A DNA stretch of 64,000 nucleotides from Lysobacterales bacterium (GTDB lineage: Bacteria > Pseudomonadota > Gammaproteobacteria > Xanthomonadales > SZUA-5). This document shows positions 49,196-58,963 of this stretch, piece by piece; within the stretch, counting starts at the first letter, position 1, and the number at the start of each line of letters is the position of its first letter. Below the pieces are notes generated by a model that had not been told where the DNA came from, searched no databases, and saw nothing but the letters and a program-made list of their open reading frames with translations. A program made the position numbers and the translations under genes. Location of the stretch: NCBI GenBank assembly GCA_022844165.1, contig JALHMH010000023.1, forward strand, positions 13,314 to 77,313, in the 5' to 3' direction.

Positions 49196-49829
49196 CCTGT
49201 GCTGGCTATTGCTCCTGGCGCTGCCCGCGCTGGCGGTGGAATTTTCTTCGCTGACCGCCGACGAACAACGCGTGCTGGAGCCGCATCGTGACACCTGGTC
49301 GCAACTCGACGACAAAACGCAGCAGCGGCTCGTCCGCGGCGCGCAGCGTTGGCTCGACATGGATGCCAACGAACGTGCCGAGGCTGGTCGCCGTCTGGCG
49401 CGCTGGCAGGAAATGAGCGAAGCGCGACGGCAGCAAATTCGCGAACGCTTTGAGGCGTTCCAGACGCTACCACCACAGGCGCAGCGCGAGTTGCGTCAGG
49501 TCGCCGAGCGTTTCCGTCATTTGCCGGCACACGAGCGTGCTGAGCTGCGCCGTCGCTTCGAGGCGATGTCGCCCGCCGAACGCCGAGCTTTTCTCACTGC
49601 AATGCAGGCCACACGGCGCAACGATGCGCTTCGCGACCACTGGCGACAGATGCCAGCGACCGAACGCGAAGCGACGCGCGCGATGATCGATGGTCTGACC
49701 GGACCTGAGCGCCGCGCGATGCGCGCGCATATGCAGGCACTGCCGCTGGCCGAACGAGACAGCTTGCGCAGGCGACTGTTGGCCATGACCGTTGAAGAGC
49801 GGCGCGCATTCCTGGCTGAGGTACCGTAA
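49161..49829 (+). CDS. DUF3106-family periplasmic protein
   Basis: Signal peptide; repeated (W/F)xx(L/M)(S/P)xxER helical units. Confidence 0.85.
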   Translation: MTTMTARLRLVSLCWLLLLALPALAVEFSSLTADEQRVLEPHRDTWSQLDDKTQQRLVRGAQRWLDMDANERAEAGRRLARWQEMSEARRQQIRERFEAFQTLPPQAQRELRQVAERFRHLPAHERAELRRRFEAMSPAERRAFLTAMQATRRNDALRDHWRQMPATEREATRAMIDGLTGPERRAMRAHMQALPLAERDSLRRRLLAMTVEERRAFLAEVP

Positions 49830-49833
49830 TCAC

Positions 49834-50298
49834 TCAACTGCGTTCTGCACGGCCGATTGGCACGAGCGCCCAGAGCTTCGATAGGTTGAAACTGGGCACC
49901 AGACGACGAAGGGAGCGCTCAGCAGGGTTGGTAGCCGGTGCCTCGACGGGCACCGTGCCGCGTGGCAAATCGCGTACCGAAAAGCCCTCCTTGGCGAACC
50001 TCGCTGCGTCAAGCGCAAACCGGTCCCAACGCAAGAAGTGCTGTTCTGGGATCAGAACCCAGTCCATGCTCGGGATGTCCCGTCCGAGTGGGTCCCAATA
50101 CCGCGCACCTTCCAGTGTTGTGGCTTGCAACCGCACTCGCCCGCGCAAACGGAAAGCCATGCCATCGAAGCAGAAAACCAGGAACGCGTGACCTTTGATC
50201 AGCACACAGGGTTTGCCATACAGCTGCCCGACCGACGCTTCGTGCATGCGCCCGAGGTACTCGCAGATGGTGTCGAATCGAGTTCGTGCGTTGGCCAT
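49834..50298 (-). CDS. TfoX-N-like hypothetical protein
   Basis: GQLYGKPCV...MAFRL...WDPLG...MDWVLIP pattern; GGAGG RBS. Confidence 0.65.
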   Translation of the reverse strand: MANARTRFDTICEYLGRMHEASVGQLYGKPCVLIKGHAFLVFCFDGMAFRLRGRVRLQATTLEGARYWDPLGRDIPSMDWVLIPEQHFLRWDRFALDAARFAKEGFSVRDLPRGTVPVEAPATNPAERSLRRLVPSFNLSKLWALVPIGRAERS

Positions 50299-50498
50299 TG
50301 TGCCTCCCCCCGAAGGCGATTCAAAACCGGCGGGCGACCGGCGCTGTCCTGTCCGTCGGCAGCTACCCAAGGTTCGACAATGCGCAATCATGCGCGCGTC
50401 GGGCGAATCTGGGAAGCAGAGCGCGCGGAACGACAAAATGCGCGGACGCAGTTGGCAGTTTTGGGCAGCCATTTCAGCCACTGCTCGCACTTTGGAGC

Positions 50499-50526
50499 TT
50501 GGCAAGTGCCAAAAGACGGCTACAAT
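50499..50526 (+). promoter_or_regulatory. Putative sigma70 promoter
   Basis: TTGGCA-16 nt-TACAAT upstream of the lipoprotein gene. Confidence 0.45.
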
Positions 50527-50601
50527 GGACGTTAGCCGAAACGCAATTCGGTCATCTGGTTGTCAAATCAGATCGTCATGACCCACTTTGAGGACTTTTC
50601 C

Positions 50602-51039
50602 ATGAAACTGATCCAGTTTACGGCGCTGACCGCGTCGTTGGCACTTTTGGCCGCCTGTGGCGATCAAGGCACCAGCAACAACGAACCACCCGCCCCAGCG
50701 CAGCAAGAAGCGCCGGCGACACCGGCAGCAGACGCGGCCGCTGCGGTGACCGACGCTGCCGCCACCGTCACCGATGCTGCCACCGATGCGGCCGCTGCCG
50801 CGACCGACGCTGCTGCTGCCGCCACTGACGCTGCTGCTGCGGCCACCGACGCCGCGGCCGCGGCCGTGACCGACGCCGCTGCAACCGCGACGGATGCTGC
50901 AGCTGCTGCGGCCACGGATGCGGCGGCTGCCGCCACGGCTGCTGCAGGCGACGCTGCGCAGGGCGTTGCGGATGCGGCACAGCAGGCGGCTGATGCTGCC
51001 AAAGACAAAGCGGACGAGCTGAAGAAAGAAGGCGAATAA
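50602..51039 (+). CDS. Ala/Thr/Asp-rich low-complexity lipoprotein
   Basis: GAGGA RBS, lipobox LLAAC, tandem TDAAAAA units. Confidence 0.88.
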   Translation: MKLIQFTALTASLALLAACGDQGTSNNEPPAPAQQEAPATPAADAAAAVTDAAATVTDAATDAAAAATDAAAAATDAAAAATDAAAAAVTDAAATATDAAAAAATDAAAAATAAAGDAAQGVADAAQQAADAAKDKADELKKEGE

Positions 51040-51080
51040 ACCCGCACATCGGGCGTCAAGCCTGGTGTTGGTTTGAATCT

Positions 51081-51110
51081 ACGAAGCCCGGGTGACCGGG
51101 CTTCGTTTTT
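51081..51110 (+). terminator. Rho-independent terminator
   Basis: ACGAAGCCCGG-gtga-CCGGGCTTCGT followed by TTTT. Confidence 0.85.
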
Positions 51111-51127
51111 GGTCGTGCATCGCCACT

Positions 51128-52705
51128 CTAACCGCTGACAGACCTCAATCGCCGCAACATCGCCAGCGTACCGGCGTCCAGATGCGGTGGAAGGGGTTGA
51201 TCGGCGTCGGTCAGCAGCGGCAGCAATTCACCGCAAAGCTCTTTGCCCAGTTCGACGCCCCATTGATCGAACGAGTTTATGCCGAGCAGGCGCCCGGTCA
51301 GAAAGACCTGGTGTTCATACAATGCGATCAACGAACCCAAGGCGTGCGGCGTCAGTCGCTCCATCAGCAGGGTCGAGCTGGGTCGATTGCCGCCAAACAC
51401 CCGCTGCTGGGCGCGCGCAACAGCCGCCGTGTCTCGCGTCGATTCTTGCGCCAATGCTTCGTCGAAGCTGCGACCGCGCAACAACGCCGCGCTCTGCGCC
51501 GCCAGATTCGCCAGCAGGGCCGGATGATGGTCGGCAAACCGATGGTCTGCCAAACGTGCCGCGACAAAGGTCACCGGCACCACATCGGTACCCTGATGCA
51601 GGGCCTGAAAAAAAGCATGTTGCACGCTCGTCCCGACGCCGCCCCAGATCACCGGTGCCGCCGGAACACTCAATTGCCTGCCATCCACGCCGATTGACTT
51701 GCCATTCGATTCCATGACCAGCTGCTGCAAATACTCCGGCAGACGCGCCAAACGCTCGTCATAAGCCACAACGGCTTGTGCCGGATAGCCATAGCCCACG
51801 CGATGCAGTAACTCGACGATCGCCATCAGGAATGGCGCGTTGCGTTGCCACGGCGCCGACCGGACATGGCGATCGATGCATGCCGCACCATCGAGCAATG
51901 CCGCAAAACGCTCAGGTCCAAACGCAAAAACCAGAGGAAAACCAATCGCACTCCACAACGAATAGCGGCCGCCGATCGCTTCATCGAACGTCAGAATCGA
52001 ATCGTCGCGAATACCGAACGCACGTGCGGCCTCGGGTTTGGACGTCAATGCCACCATACGTTCCGAGATGGCTGCTGACGACAATCCGTGCTCTTGCAGC
52101 CAGCGCATCGCGCTGACCGCGTTCATGCGCGTTTCCTGCGTGCCGAAGCTCTTCGATGCCAACACGAACGCGCAGCGAGCAGGATCCAGGCCACCGAGCG
52201 CCGCCTCGAGCGCGGCGCCGTCGACGTTAGCAACGAAACGCAACTGTCGCCCGTCGATCCGATGCGACCGAAGTGCCTCGTAGGCGAGTTTGGGCCCAAG
52301 GTCGGAGCCGCCGATACCGAGATTGACCAAGGTCTCAACACCACGTTCGGCGAGGCGTTCGGCCAACGCCGCCATTTCGACACGCGCCGCGTGCATTGCC
52401 GTATGTTGTGCCAGCAGGTGCGGCGGCGCTTCGCTTGCGCGCAGCAGCGGATGCAGCGCTGCGCGTTGCTCCGATGGGTTCACGATGGCGCCGGCAAAAA
52501 GATCGTCCAGTGCGCCGCGCAAATGCTGCGCATCGGCGGCGATCGCGAGATCGTCCAGCAACGCGGTTGTCAGCGGCTGCTTGCTGAAATCCAACCACAA
52601 TCCGCCGATTTCGATGCAAAGTGCCGTGGCACGCGCGTGATCGCTTCCCACCATCGCGCGCAAATCGCGATGGCGAACTGCGTGCGCTCGCAACAATTCG
52701 AGCAT
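51128..52705 (-). CDS. pgi: Glucose-6-phosphate isomerase
   Basis: GIGGSDLGP, ASKSFGTQET, GGRYSLWSAIG, QQLVMESNGK, SFDQWGVELGK. Confidence 0.97.
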   Translation of the reverse strand: MLELLRAHAVRHRDLRAMVGSDHARATALCIEIGGLWLDFSKQPLTTALLDDLAIAADAQHLRGALDDLFAGAIVNPSEQRAALHPLLRASEAPPHLLAQHTAMHAARVEMAALAERLAERGVETLVNLGIGGSDLGPKLAYEALRSHRIDGRQLRFVANVDGAALEAALGGLDPARCAFVLASKSFGTQETRMNAVSAMRWLQEHGLSSAAISERMVALTSKPEAARAFGIRDDSILTFDEAIGGRYSLWSAIGFPLVFAFGPERFAALLDGAACIDRHVRSAPWQRNAPFLMAIVELLHRVGYGYPAQAVVAYDERLARLPEYLQQLVMESNGKSIGVDGRQLSVPAAPVIWGGVGTSVQHAFFQALHQGTDVVPVTFVAARLADHRFADHHPALLANLAAQSAALLRGRSFDEALAQESTRDTAAVARAQQRVFGGNRPSSTLLMERLTPHALGSLIALYEHQVFLTGRLLGINSFDQWGVELGKELCGELLPLLTDADQPLPPHLDAGTLAMLRRLRSVSG

Positions 52706-53094
52706 CAGGCCATCTCGGCCATCTGCTTGGGGATGCTGCGGTTGGTATGCGTCATGCGATTTTGTCTGTCGACATACACCAGCATCGGCTGGAAGCGCGA
52801 CAGTTCCGCCTCGGCGACTCCTGCGTACGCGGCGATGATGATCAAATCGCCGGGGCTGGCTCGATGGGCCGCCGCGCCGTTGATCGAAATGATTCCGCTA
52901 CTCTCTTCGGCGCGAATTGCATAAGTGACAAAGCGCTCGCCGTTGGTGACGTTGTAGATGTGGATCTGCTCGTACTCGTGGATGCCCGACGCGTCCAACA
53001 ACAATCCATCGATCGCACAAGATCCTTCGTAGTGCAATTCCGCATGAGTCACCGTGGCGCGGTGGATCTTGGCCTTGAGCATATTCAATTGCAT
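52705..53094 (-). CDS. panD: Aspartate 1-decarboxylase
   Basis: [20 protein letters not shown] (G-S self-cleavage site), [16 protein letters not shown]. Confidence 0.97.
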   Translation of the reverse strand: MQLNMLKAKIHRATVTHAELHYEGSCAIDGLLLDASGIHEYEQIHIYNVTNGERFVTYAIRAEESSGIISINGAAAHRASPGDLIIIAAYAGVAEAELSRFQPMLVYVDRQNRMTHTNRSIPKQMAEMA

Positions 53095-53132
53095 GGGTCG
53101 TTCCTTCAAGCTGGCCTGCGAATGATGCAGGC

Positions 53133-53164
53133 AAAAAAAACCCTCGATCACTGGTATCGAGGGT
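53133..53164 (-). terminator. Rho-independent terminator upstream of panD
   Basis: Minus strand CCCTCGAT-accagtg-ATCGAGGG followed by T8. Confidence 0.85.
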
Positions 53165-53236
53165 CTCTTAATTGGAGTGACGATTACCTCAACGCGCCCT
53201 GCGTACTTCGATGCGTGTTGCGTCGCCATCGAAGTG
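53133..53236 (-). ncRNA. Candidate ~100-nt small RNA or leader RNA
   Basis: Extended -10 TGGTACTTT (53243-53251), 5' hairpin ACTTCGATG...CATCGAAGT, unpaired middle, intrinsic terminator; no credible ORF. Confidence 0.55.
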
Positions 53237-53379
53237 GTTGTAAAAGTACCACAGGGTGTTGCGCGAAATCCACTACTTTGTGTGTTTCATTCAGATTTCT
53301 ACAATTTCTCGAGCATCGGGTGCGATCTGGCGCCTCTGGAAGCCTGCCACAGTCGGTCGGTTGCGCCTATTCTCGGCGC

Positions 53380-54120
53380 ATGGGAAAGACCACACATTTT
53401 GGTTTCACGGACGTCCCGGCCGAGCGAAAGCAGGCTCTGGTCGGTGGCGTATTCACATCCGTAGCGAAGAGCTACGACGTCATGAACGATTTGATGTCGT
53501 TCGGTTTGCATCGGCTGTGGAAGCAACATTTCGTCGCAACTGGGCAGTTTCGTCCTGGTCATAAAGTGCTCGATCTCGCCGGCGGCACCGGCGATATCAG
53601 CGCCCTGGTTGCGCCCATCGTGGGCGCTTCGGGGCTGGTTGTACTTTCCGATATTAATGCCGAGATGTTGGCGATCGGTCGGGATCGTATGCTCGACGCT
53701 GGCTTGCGCAACGTTGCCACCGCGCGGGTGAACGCGCAGCGCATTCCGTTCGCCAGCGGCAGTTTTGATCGGGTCACGATCGCCTTCGGTCTGCGCAATG
53801 TGACCGATCAGTTGCAGGCGCTTCAAGAAATGCGCCGTGTGCTTTGTGTCGGCGGGCAGGCGCTGGTGCTGGAGTTCTCCGCCGTGCGGCAACCCTTGCT
53901 CAAGCCGCTATATGACACCTATTCGTTCCAGGTATTGCCGCGCCTCGGCAAAATCGTTGCGGGCGATGCCGACAGCTATCGTTACCTCGCCGAATCGATC
54001 CGCAAACACCCAGATCAGGAAACGCTCGCAGCGTTGATGCGAGAGGCGGGTTTCGAACGCGTGTCGGTCCGCAATCTACTGGGTGGAATCGTCGCCATCC
54101 ATTCGGGCTGGGCGATCTAA
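53380..54120 (+). CDS. ubiE: Ubiquinone/menaquinone biosynthesis C-methyltransferase
   Basis: TTHFGF, VFTSVAKSYDVMNDLMSFGLHRLWK, VLDLAGGTGD, AFGLRNV, YRYLAESI. Confidence 0.97.
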   Translation: MGKTTHFGFTDVPAERKQALVGGVFTSVAKSYDVMNDLMSFGLHRLWKQHFVATGQFRPGHKVLDLAGGTGDISALVAPIVGASGLVVLSDINAEMLAIGRDRMLDAGLRNVATARVNAQRIPFASGSFDRVTIAFGLRNVTDQLQALQEMRRVLCVGGQALVLEFSAVRQPLLKPLYDTYSFQVLPRLGKIVAGDADSYRYLAESIRKHPDQETLAALMREAGFERVSVRNLLGGIVAIHSGWAI

Positions 54121-54138
54121 GGCGTTCTGCTCATCCCG

Positions 54139-56586
54139 ATGCTGCCTATCCATGCCGCGTTGCCAGAGCTGAAGACTGCGCTAGCACAGCATCCACGCGT
54201 GGTACTGGAAGCACCGCCCGGCGCCGGCAAGACGACCGTCGTGCCGCTTGCACTCCTGGATGCGCCTTGGTTGGCGGGGCGCAAAATCGTCATGCTCGAG
54301 CCGCGCCGAATCGCTGCGCGCGCCGCGGCGATGTTCATGGCCAGTGCCATCGGCGAGAGCGTCGGCGAGACGGTCGGCTACCGCATCCGCTTCGAATCCA
54401 AAGTCAGCGCACGCACGCGCATCGAAGTGGTTACAGAAGGCATCTTGACGCGCACGATCCAGGCAGACCCAGAACTCTGTGGCATCGGCTGTCTGATTTT
54501 CGATGAGTTCCATGAGCGACATCTGGCGACCGATCTGGGTCTGGCGCTGGCCCTCGATGCGCAGGGCGGACTGCGCGAAGATCTGCGCCTGCTGATCATG
54601 TCAGCCACCCTCGACGGCGAGCGCCTTGCGCGCTGGTGCGATGCGACGCGTGTCAGCAGCGAGGGCCGCAGTTTTCCGCTGCGCATCGAACACCTGCCGG
54701 CCAAACGCGACGAAGCGCTGGCGATGCACGTCGCCCGCGCGACGGAACTGGCGCTGGCGACCAGCGAGGGCGACGTGCTGGTGTTCCTGCCGGGCAAACG
54801 GGAGATCGATGCCGCCGCTCGCAGCTTGCCGGCGCGTGCGAACATCGATGTACTGCCGCTGCACGGCGACTTGCCGATCGAAGCACAGGCCGCAGCGCTC
54901 CAGGCCGCGGCGCCTGGCCGGCGGCACGTGGTGCTGGCGACCAATGTGGCCGAGTCCAGCGTCACTTTGCCCGGCGTACGCGCGGTGGTCGACAGCGGTC
55001 TCGCCCGTGTGTCGCGCTTCGATCCTGCGAGCGGATTTGCGACCCTGGCGCAAGAGTTCATTGCCCAGGATTCGGCCACACAACGCGCTGGGCGCGCGGC
55101 GCGATCGGGGCCTGGTCTGGTGATCCGATTGTGGGGCCAGGATAAGCGCCTTGCGCCCGAGCGGCGCGCGGAAATGCTCGACGCGGATCTGGCGCCGCTG
55201 GCGCTGGAGCTTGCCGCGTGGGGCGGCAGCGATTTGCAGTTCCTGACGCCGCCACCCGCCGGCGCAATGGCGCAGGCCATCGACACCTTGCGACAACTCG
55301 ATGCACTGGACGCGCAGAGCCGCATCACCGCGCATGGCCGGCGATTGTGCGAGATCGGCACGCATCCCAGGCTCGCCAATCTGGTGGTACACGCCGGGCG
55401 TTCGGGTCTTGCGGCGGATGTGTTGGCGCTGGTTGAGGCACGCGATCCGCTACAAGGCGAGGCGCGATTCTCCGAAGACTGGCGTGAGCGCCACGGTGCA
55501 CTCGCCGCACTGCGCCGCGGCCGACCGTTGGGCGCCGCCAGTGCCAGCGCACTGCGGAGCATCGATCACAGCGCCAGGCAATGGCGACGACGGTTGCAAT
55601 TGCCCGAGGGCGGCGAGGTTGGCCGTGCGGCCTTGGGCGATTTGTTATTGCACGCGTTTCCCGATCGTATTGCGCGGCTCGATCGCGGCGAGCGCTATCG
55701 ATTGGCGAACGGACGCGGCGCGAGCCTGCGTGTCGGCTCACCGCTGACCGGCGAACCGTGGCTCGCCGTCAGTGAGCTGTCTGGCCTGGGTGGCGACGCT
55801 CGCATCGCGAAAGCAGCGCCTTTCGATGAAACGCAGTTGCAGCGCCACTACCCGAATCACTTTCAAGACGCGCGCATCGTCGAGTTCGATGCCAACGATC
55901 GCGTGATTGCGCGCGTGCAAAAGTGCTTCGCCGGCATCGTGCTGAGCGAACATGTCGAACCGGTGCGCGACGCGGAAGCACTCAACGCCGCGCAGTTATC
56001 GCGCATCCGCCAACGTGGTCTGCGCATTCTGCCGTTTACCGAGACTCAGCAACGATGGCGCGAACGCGCGCAGTTCTTGCGCAACGTCGAGGGTTTCGGC
56101 GATCTGCCGGATGTCAGCGACGATGGTTTGCTCGCGACGCTTGAAACGTGGCTGGCACCGTTCCTGGCCGGTGTGAGCAAACTCGAATCGATGGGCGCCG
56201 ATCGGCTCGGCGAGGCGCTGATGTCGCAGCTGTCGTTTGCCGATCGGCGGCGTATCGATGACGAAGCGCCGGAGAGCTTTTTGGCGCCGAGCGGCCAGCG
56301 CCGGAAGATCGACTATGGTAAGTCGGCGCCGGTGTTGGCGATCAGATTGCAAGAACTGTTCGGCTTACCGCAGTCGCCGCGAATCGCCGCGGGGCAAGTG
56401 CCGCTGACACTGCATTTGTTGTCGCCCGGCGGCAGGCCCATCCAAGTCACTCAAGACCTGCGCAGCTTCTGGGATCGCACCTACGGCGAGGTCAGAAAAG
56501 AACTGAAAGGCCGCTATCCCAAACACCCATGGCCAGACGATCCTTGGACGGCCACTGCAACGCATCGGGCGAGACCGCGCACTTAG
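54139..56586 (+). CDS. hrpB: ATP-dependent helicase HrpB
   Basis: APPGAGKTT, DEFHER, MSAT, ATNVAESS, QRAGRA, RYPKHPWPDDP. Confidence 0.96.
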   Translation: MLPIHAALPELKTALAQHPRVVLEAPPGAGKTTVVPLALLDAPWLAGRKIVMLEPRRIAARAAAMFMASAIGESVGETVGYRIRFESKVSARTRIEVVTEGILTRTIQADPELCGIGCLIFDEFHERHLATDLGLALALDAQGGLREDLRLLIMSATLDGERLARWCDATRVSSEGRSFPLRIEHLPAKRDEALAMHVARATELALATSEGDVLVFLPGKREIDAAARSLPARANIDVLPLHGDLPIEAQAAALQAAAPGRRHVVLATNVAESSVTLPGVRAVVDSGLARVSRFDPASGFATLAQEFIAQDSATQRAGRAARSGPGLVIRLWGQDKRLAPERRAEMLDADLAPLALELAAWGGSDLQFLTPPPAGAMAQAIDTLRQLDALDAQSRITAHGRRLCEIGTHPRLANLVVHAGRSGLAADVLALVEARDPLQGEARFSEDWRERHGALAALRRGRPLGAASASALRSIDHSARQWRRRLQLPEGGEVGRAALGDLLLHAFPDRIARLDRGERYRLANGRGASLRVGSPLTGEPWLAVSELSGLGGDARIAKAAPFDETQLQRHYPNHFQDARIVEFDANDRVIARVQKCFAGIVLSEHVEPVRDAEALNAAQLSRIRQRGLRILPFTETQQRWRERAQFLRNVEGFGDLPDVSDDGLLATLETWLAPFLAGVSKLESMGADRLGEALMSQLSFADRRRIDDEAPESFLAPSGQRRKIDYGKSAPVLAIRLQELFGLPQSPRIAAGQVPLTLHLLSPGGRPIQVTQDLRSFWDRTYGEVRKELKGRYPKHPWPDDPWTATATHRARPRT

Positions 56587-57452
56587 TTTCGTCGGGCCGC
56601 ATATTGCGTGGGGCTTAGGCCAAAGTGCTTCTTGAACGCGGCGCCGAAATGACTGTGGCTGGTGTAACCTAAATCCAACGCGAGCCCGGTCAGATCGCCG
56701 GTACGATCGGGTAATGCCTCCAACGCATGGCGCAGTCGCGCTTGTTCCTTGAACGCATGCAAGCTGCTGCCGCTGTGGCGCCGAAACACACGGCATAAGT
56801 GAAATGCCGAACAGCCAAGCCGCTGTGCCAGCACCTGCAAACCCCAATGCCAACGATCAGGTTGCAACAACTCGATCTTTGCCTGTTCGACGAGATCGCG
56901 CTCGCGCGCCAGCGTGGTGCTGCGTGCCTGAGTGCGCGGTACGGGCGTGCAGTACCCGAGCACCGCGTGCAGCAAATGTGCCGCCCACTCTTCCGCCGTC
57001 AAAGCGTCCGGCGCGCGACCGCCGAGACAATCTTCGACAAAGCGCCGTTGTGCCAGATAACACGTGGCGTCGCTCGGTCCGAACGGCACGCGAAACGGTC
57101 GTCCACGATTGCCATCGTGCGCGGCATCGGTCGCCGCGATCACGCTCGACAGCAGCGTTTCGGACAACGCAAACCACTCGCAGCGATCGCCATCCGCCGC
57201 GATTGCGGCGCGGCGATAGATCTGTCCCTGGTTGTAATAGGTGACGATCGGAGGACCGGCGACGAATTGCCGCTGACCTTCGTGCTGGATCGCAACCGCG
57301 GTGCGCGGAAACACGAAGAAATGCCCCGGCGCCGGCCCGGAATCGGAAAATCTCGGATGCGCGACGGACGCGCGAAAGCTGCCCACCGTCAAGTGCTCGC
57401 TCTGGTAAACCAGCCGATCGAAGTCTGATGAGAGCAGTGGATGACGGTGCAT
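56583..57452 (-). CDS. AraC-family transcriptional regulator
   Basis: C-terminal double HTH: LGCSAFHLCRVFRR...LALDLGYTSHSHFGAAFKKHFGLSP. Confidence 0.92.
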   Translation of the reverse strand: MHRHPLLSSDFDRLVYQSEHLTVGSFRASVAHPRFSDSGPAPGHFFVFPRTAVAIQHEGQRQFVAGPPIVTYYNQGQIYRRAAIAADGDRCEWFALSETLLSSVIAATDAAHDGNRGRPFRVPFGPSDATCYLAQRRFVEDCLGGRAPDALTAEEWAAHLLHAVLGYCTPVPRTQARSTTLARERDLVEQAKIELLQPDRWHWGLQVLAQRLGCSAFHLCRVFRRHSGSSLHAFKEQARLRHALEALPDRTGDLTGLALDLGYTSHSHFGAAFKKHFGLSPTQYAARRN

Positions 57453-57658
57453 GGCGCGATGATCGCAAGGCAAGTCGATGGCCGCCACCTGCCAGAAGAT
57501 GGCGTCTTCACTGCGCCACAGAGTTCCCGACAGAGGGAGCACGAGCTCAGGATGGCGGGGTCGCGCCGACCGGTCTCCATCAAGCAAGAATTTGATAGCG
57601 GAATCCAGCCAGCGCGCTAAGCTGACCTCGCAGAGTTCCATTCGAGCGAGGATGTGCG

Positions 57659-58189
57659 ATGACCAGTTTGTTACTGATGGGCGCACACCTCTTTCTCGCA
57701 ACAGGCGCCTGCGATTCCGCCGAACAGCGTGCCTTCGATTTCTGGCTGGGCCAATGGGACGTGTACGCGAAGGACAAACTGATCGCACATAGCACCATCA
57801 GCCTGGCCGCAAAGGGCTGCGCGATCCACGAGCAATACCAGACGCTCGACGGGTTTGCAGGCGAGAGCCTCAATGGCTACGACGCCAAGCGCGGCGTCTG
57901 GCACCAAACCTGGATCGACCAGACGGGCGAGGTACTGTTGCTCGAAGGCGAGTTCGATAATGCGCAGATGCAACTGCGCGGCAGCGGCCGGCGCCCTGAA
58001 GCCAAGTCGGCGCCGGGTCAAGCGCCCATCTACGTGGTCTATCAACAACACATCACCTGGCGCGTACAGCCCGATGGCAGCGTGCGCCAGGTGTGGCAAG
58101 CCGACGCAGGCGACGACGAATGGCAGACCCTGTTCGATGGTGTTTATCGGAAGCGAGGCGACGCGAGCACGCCACCGACATCCGAATAA
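57659..58189 (+). CDS. Secreted beta-barrel protein (DUF1579-like)
   Basis: FDFWLGQWDV, WHQTWID, DGSVRQVW...WQTLFDGVY; divergent from the AraC gene. Confidence 0.75.
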   Translation: MTSLLLMGAHLFLATGACDSAEQRAFDFWLGQWDVYAKDKLIAHSTISLAAKGCAIHEQYQTLDGFAGESLNGYDAKRGVWHQTWIDQTGEVLLLEGEFDNAQMQLRGSGRRPEAKSAPGQAPIYVVYQQHITWRVQPDGSVRQVWQADAGDDEWQTLFDGVYRKRGDASTPPTSE

Positions 58190-58281
58190 ACGTGCCGCAC
58201 CGTCCGCATTTCACGGCGCGGCTGTAGACGTTGACGAACTGCGGCTGGCCAAATGCACTGCGGGCGGCTGTCTCAAAGCGA

Positions 58282-58746
58282 TCATTTGTTCCGCACCAAA
58301 CGGATCGCATGTTTCTCGCTGCGATAATCGAAGTATTCCACGCCATTTGCGTAGGAGATGTACTGCGCACGATCTTCAGTCCGAGCGTAAGCGGAGGATG
58401 TCCAAACACCGATCGGTGGCGAATTCGGAAATGCGTCCAAATCGATCGGCGGAATCTGATATTGCCTGGTGATGCCCATGAGCTCATCGAAGCTCGGAAC
58501 ACGCCATTGCCCTGAATCGGGCCAACGCCCCAGTGCGCTGCGCAAGTCGATCATCTCAGCTTCGCCTTCGCAGGCGCTGCCGCTCCATGTCATGCCGACC
58601 AGGCAGCGCGCCCAGATCAGCTGTGTCTTGTTGTCCATCACGGCGTTGCCGTTATCCACGATTTGAAAGCGCTGATCGCCTGCGTGGACTTGTGTGATTA
58701 GCAAAAACGAAGCCAGGAGCGCTGGCGCGGTACGTCGAAGAAGCAT
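58282..58746 (-). CDS. DUF1566 (Lcl C-terminal) domain protein
   Basis: Signal peptide; DNKTQLIWARC, WRVPSFDEL, WTSS, IRLVR. Confidence 0.88.
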   Translation of the reverse strand: MLLRRTAPALLASFLLITQVHAGDQRFQIVDNGNAVMDNKTQLIWARCLVGMTWSGSACEGEAEMIDLRSALGRWPDSGQWRVPSFDELMGITRQYQIPPIDLDAFPNSPPIGVWTSSAYARTEDRAQYISYANGVEYFDYRSEKHAIRLVRNK

Positions 58747-58963
58747 AGAACTCTCCAGGAATTTTCCTATCGCTACCCGGCGAACGCCGGGCAGCTTCCT
58801 TGACGAGTTCTATTGGAAAAACGAGACACGGTCGGCGTACCTGGCAGCCGAATCAGAGATGTCAACTGTGCACAATTCGATTGTGGTCAGGTTCGCAGCA
58901 AACGCCGCAGTCGACAAACATGCTTCGCGCAGACTGGTCGATCGCAACGGCGACATCATCGAT

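Noticed and set aside
58282-58746. DUF1566 gene as a diversity-generating retroelement target
   Set aside because: No reverse transcriptase or template repeat visible in the window
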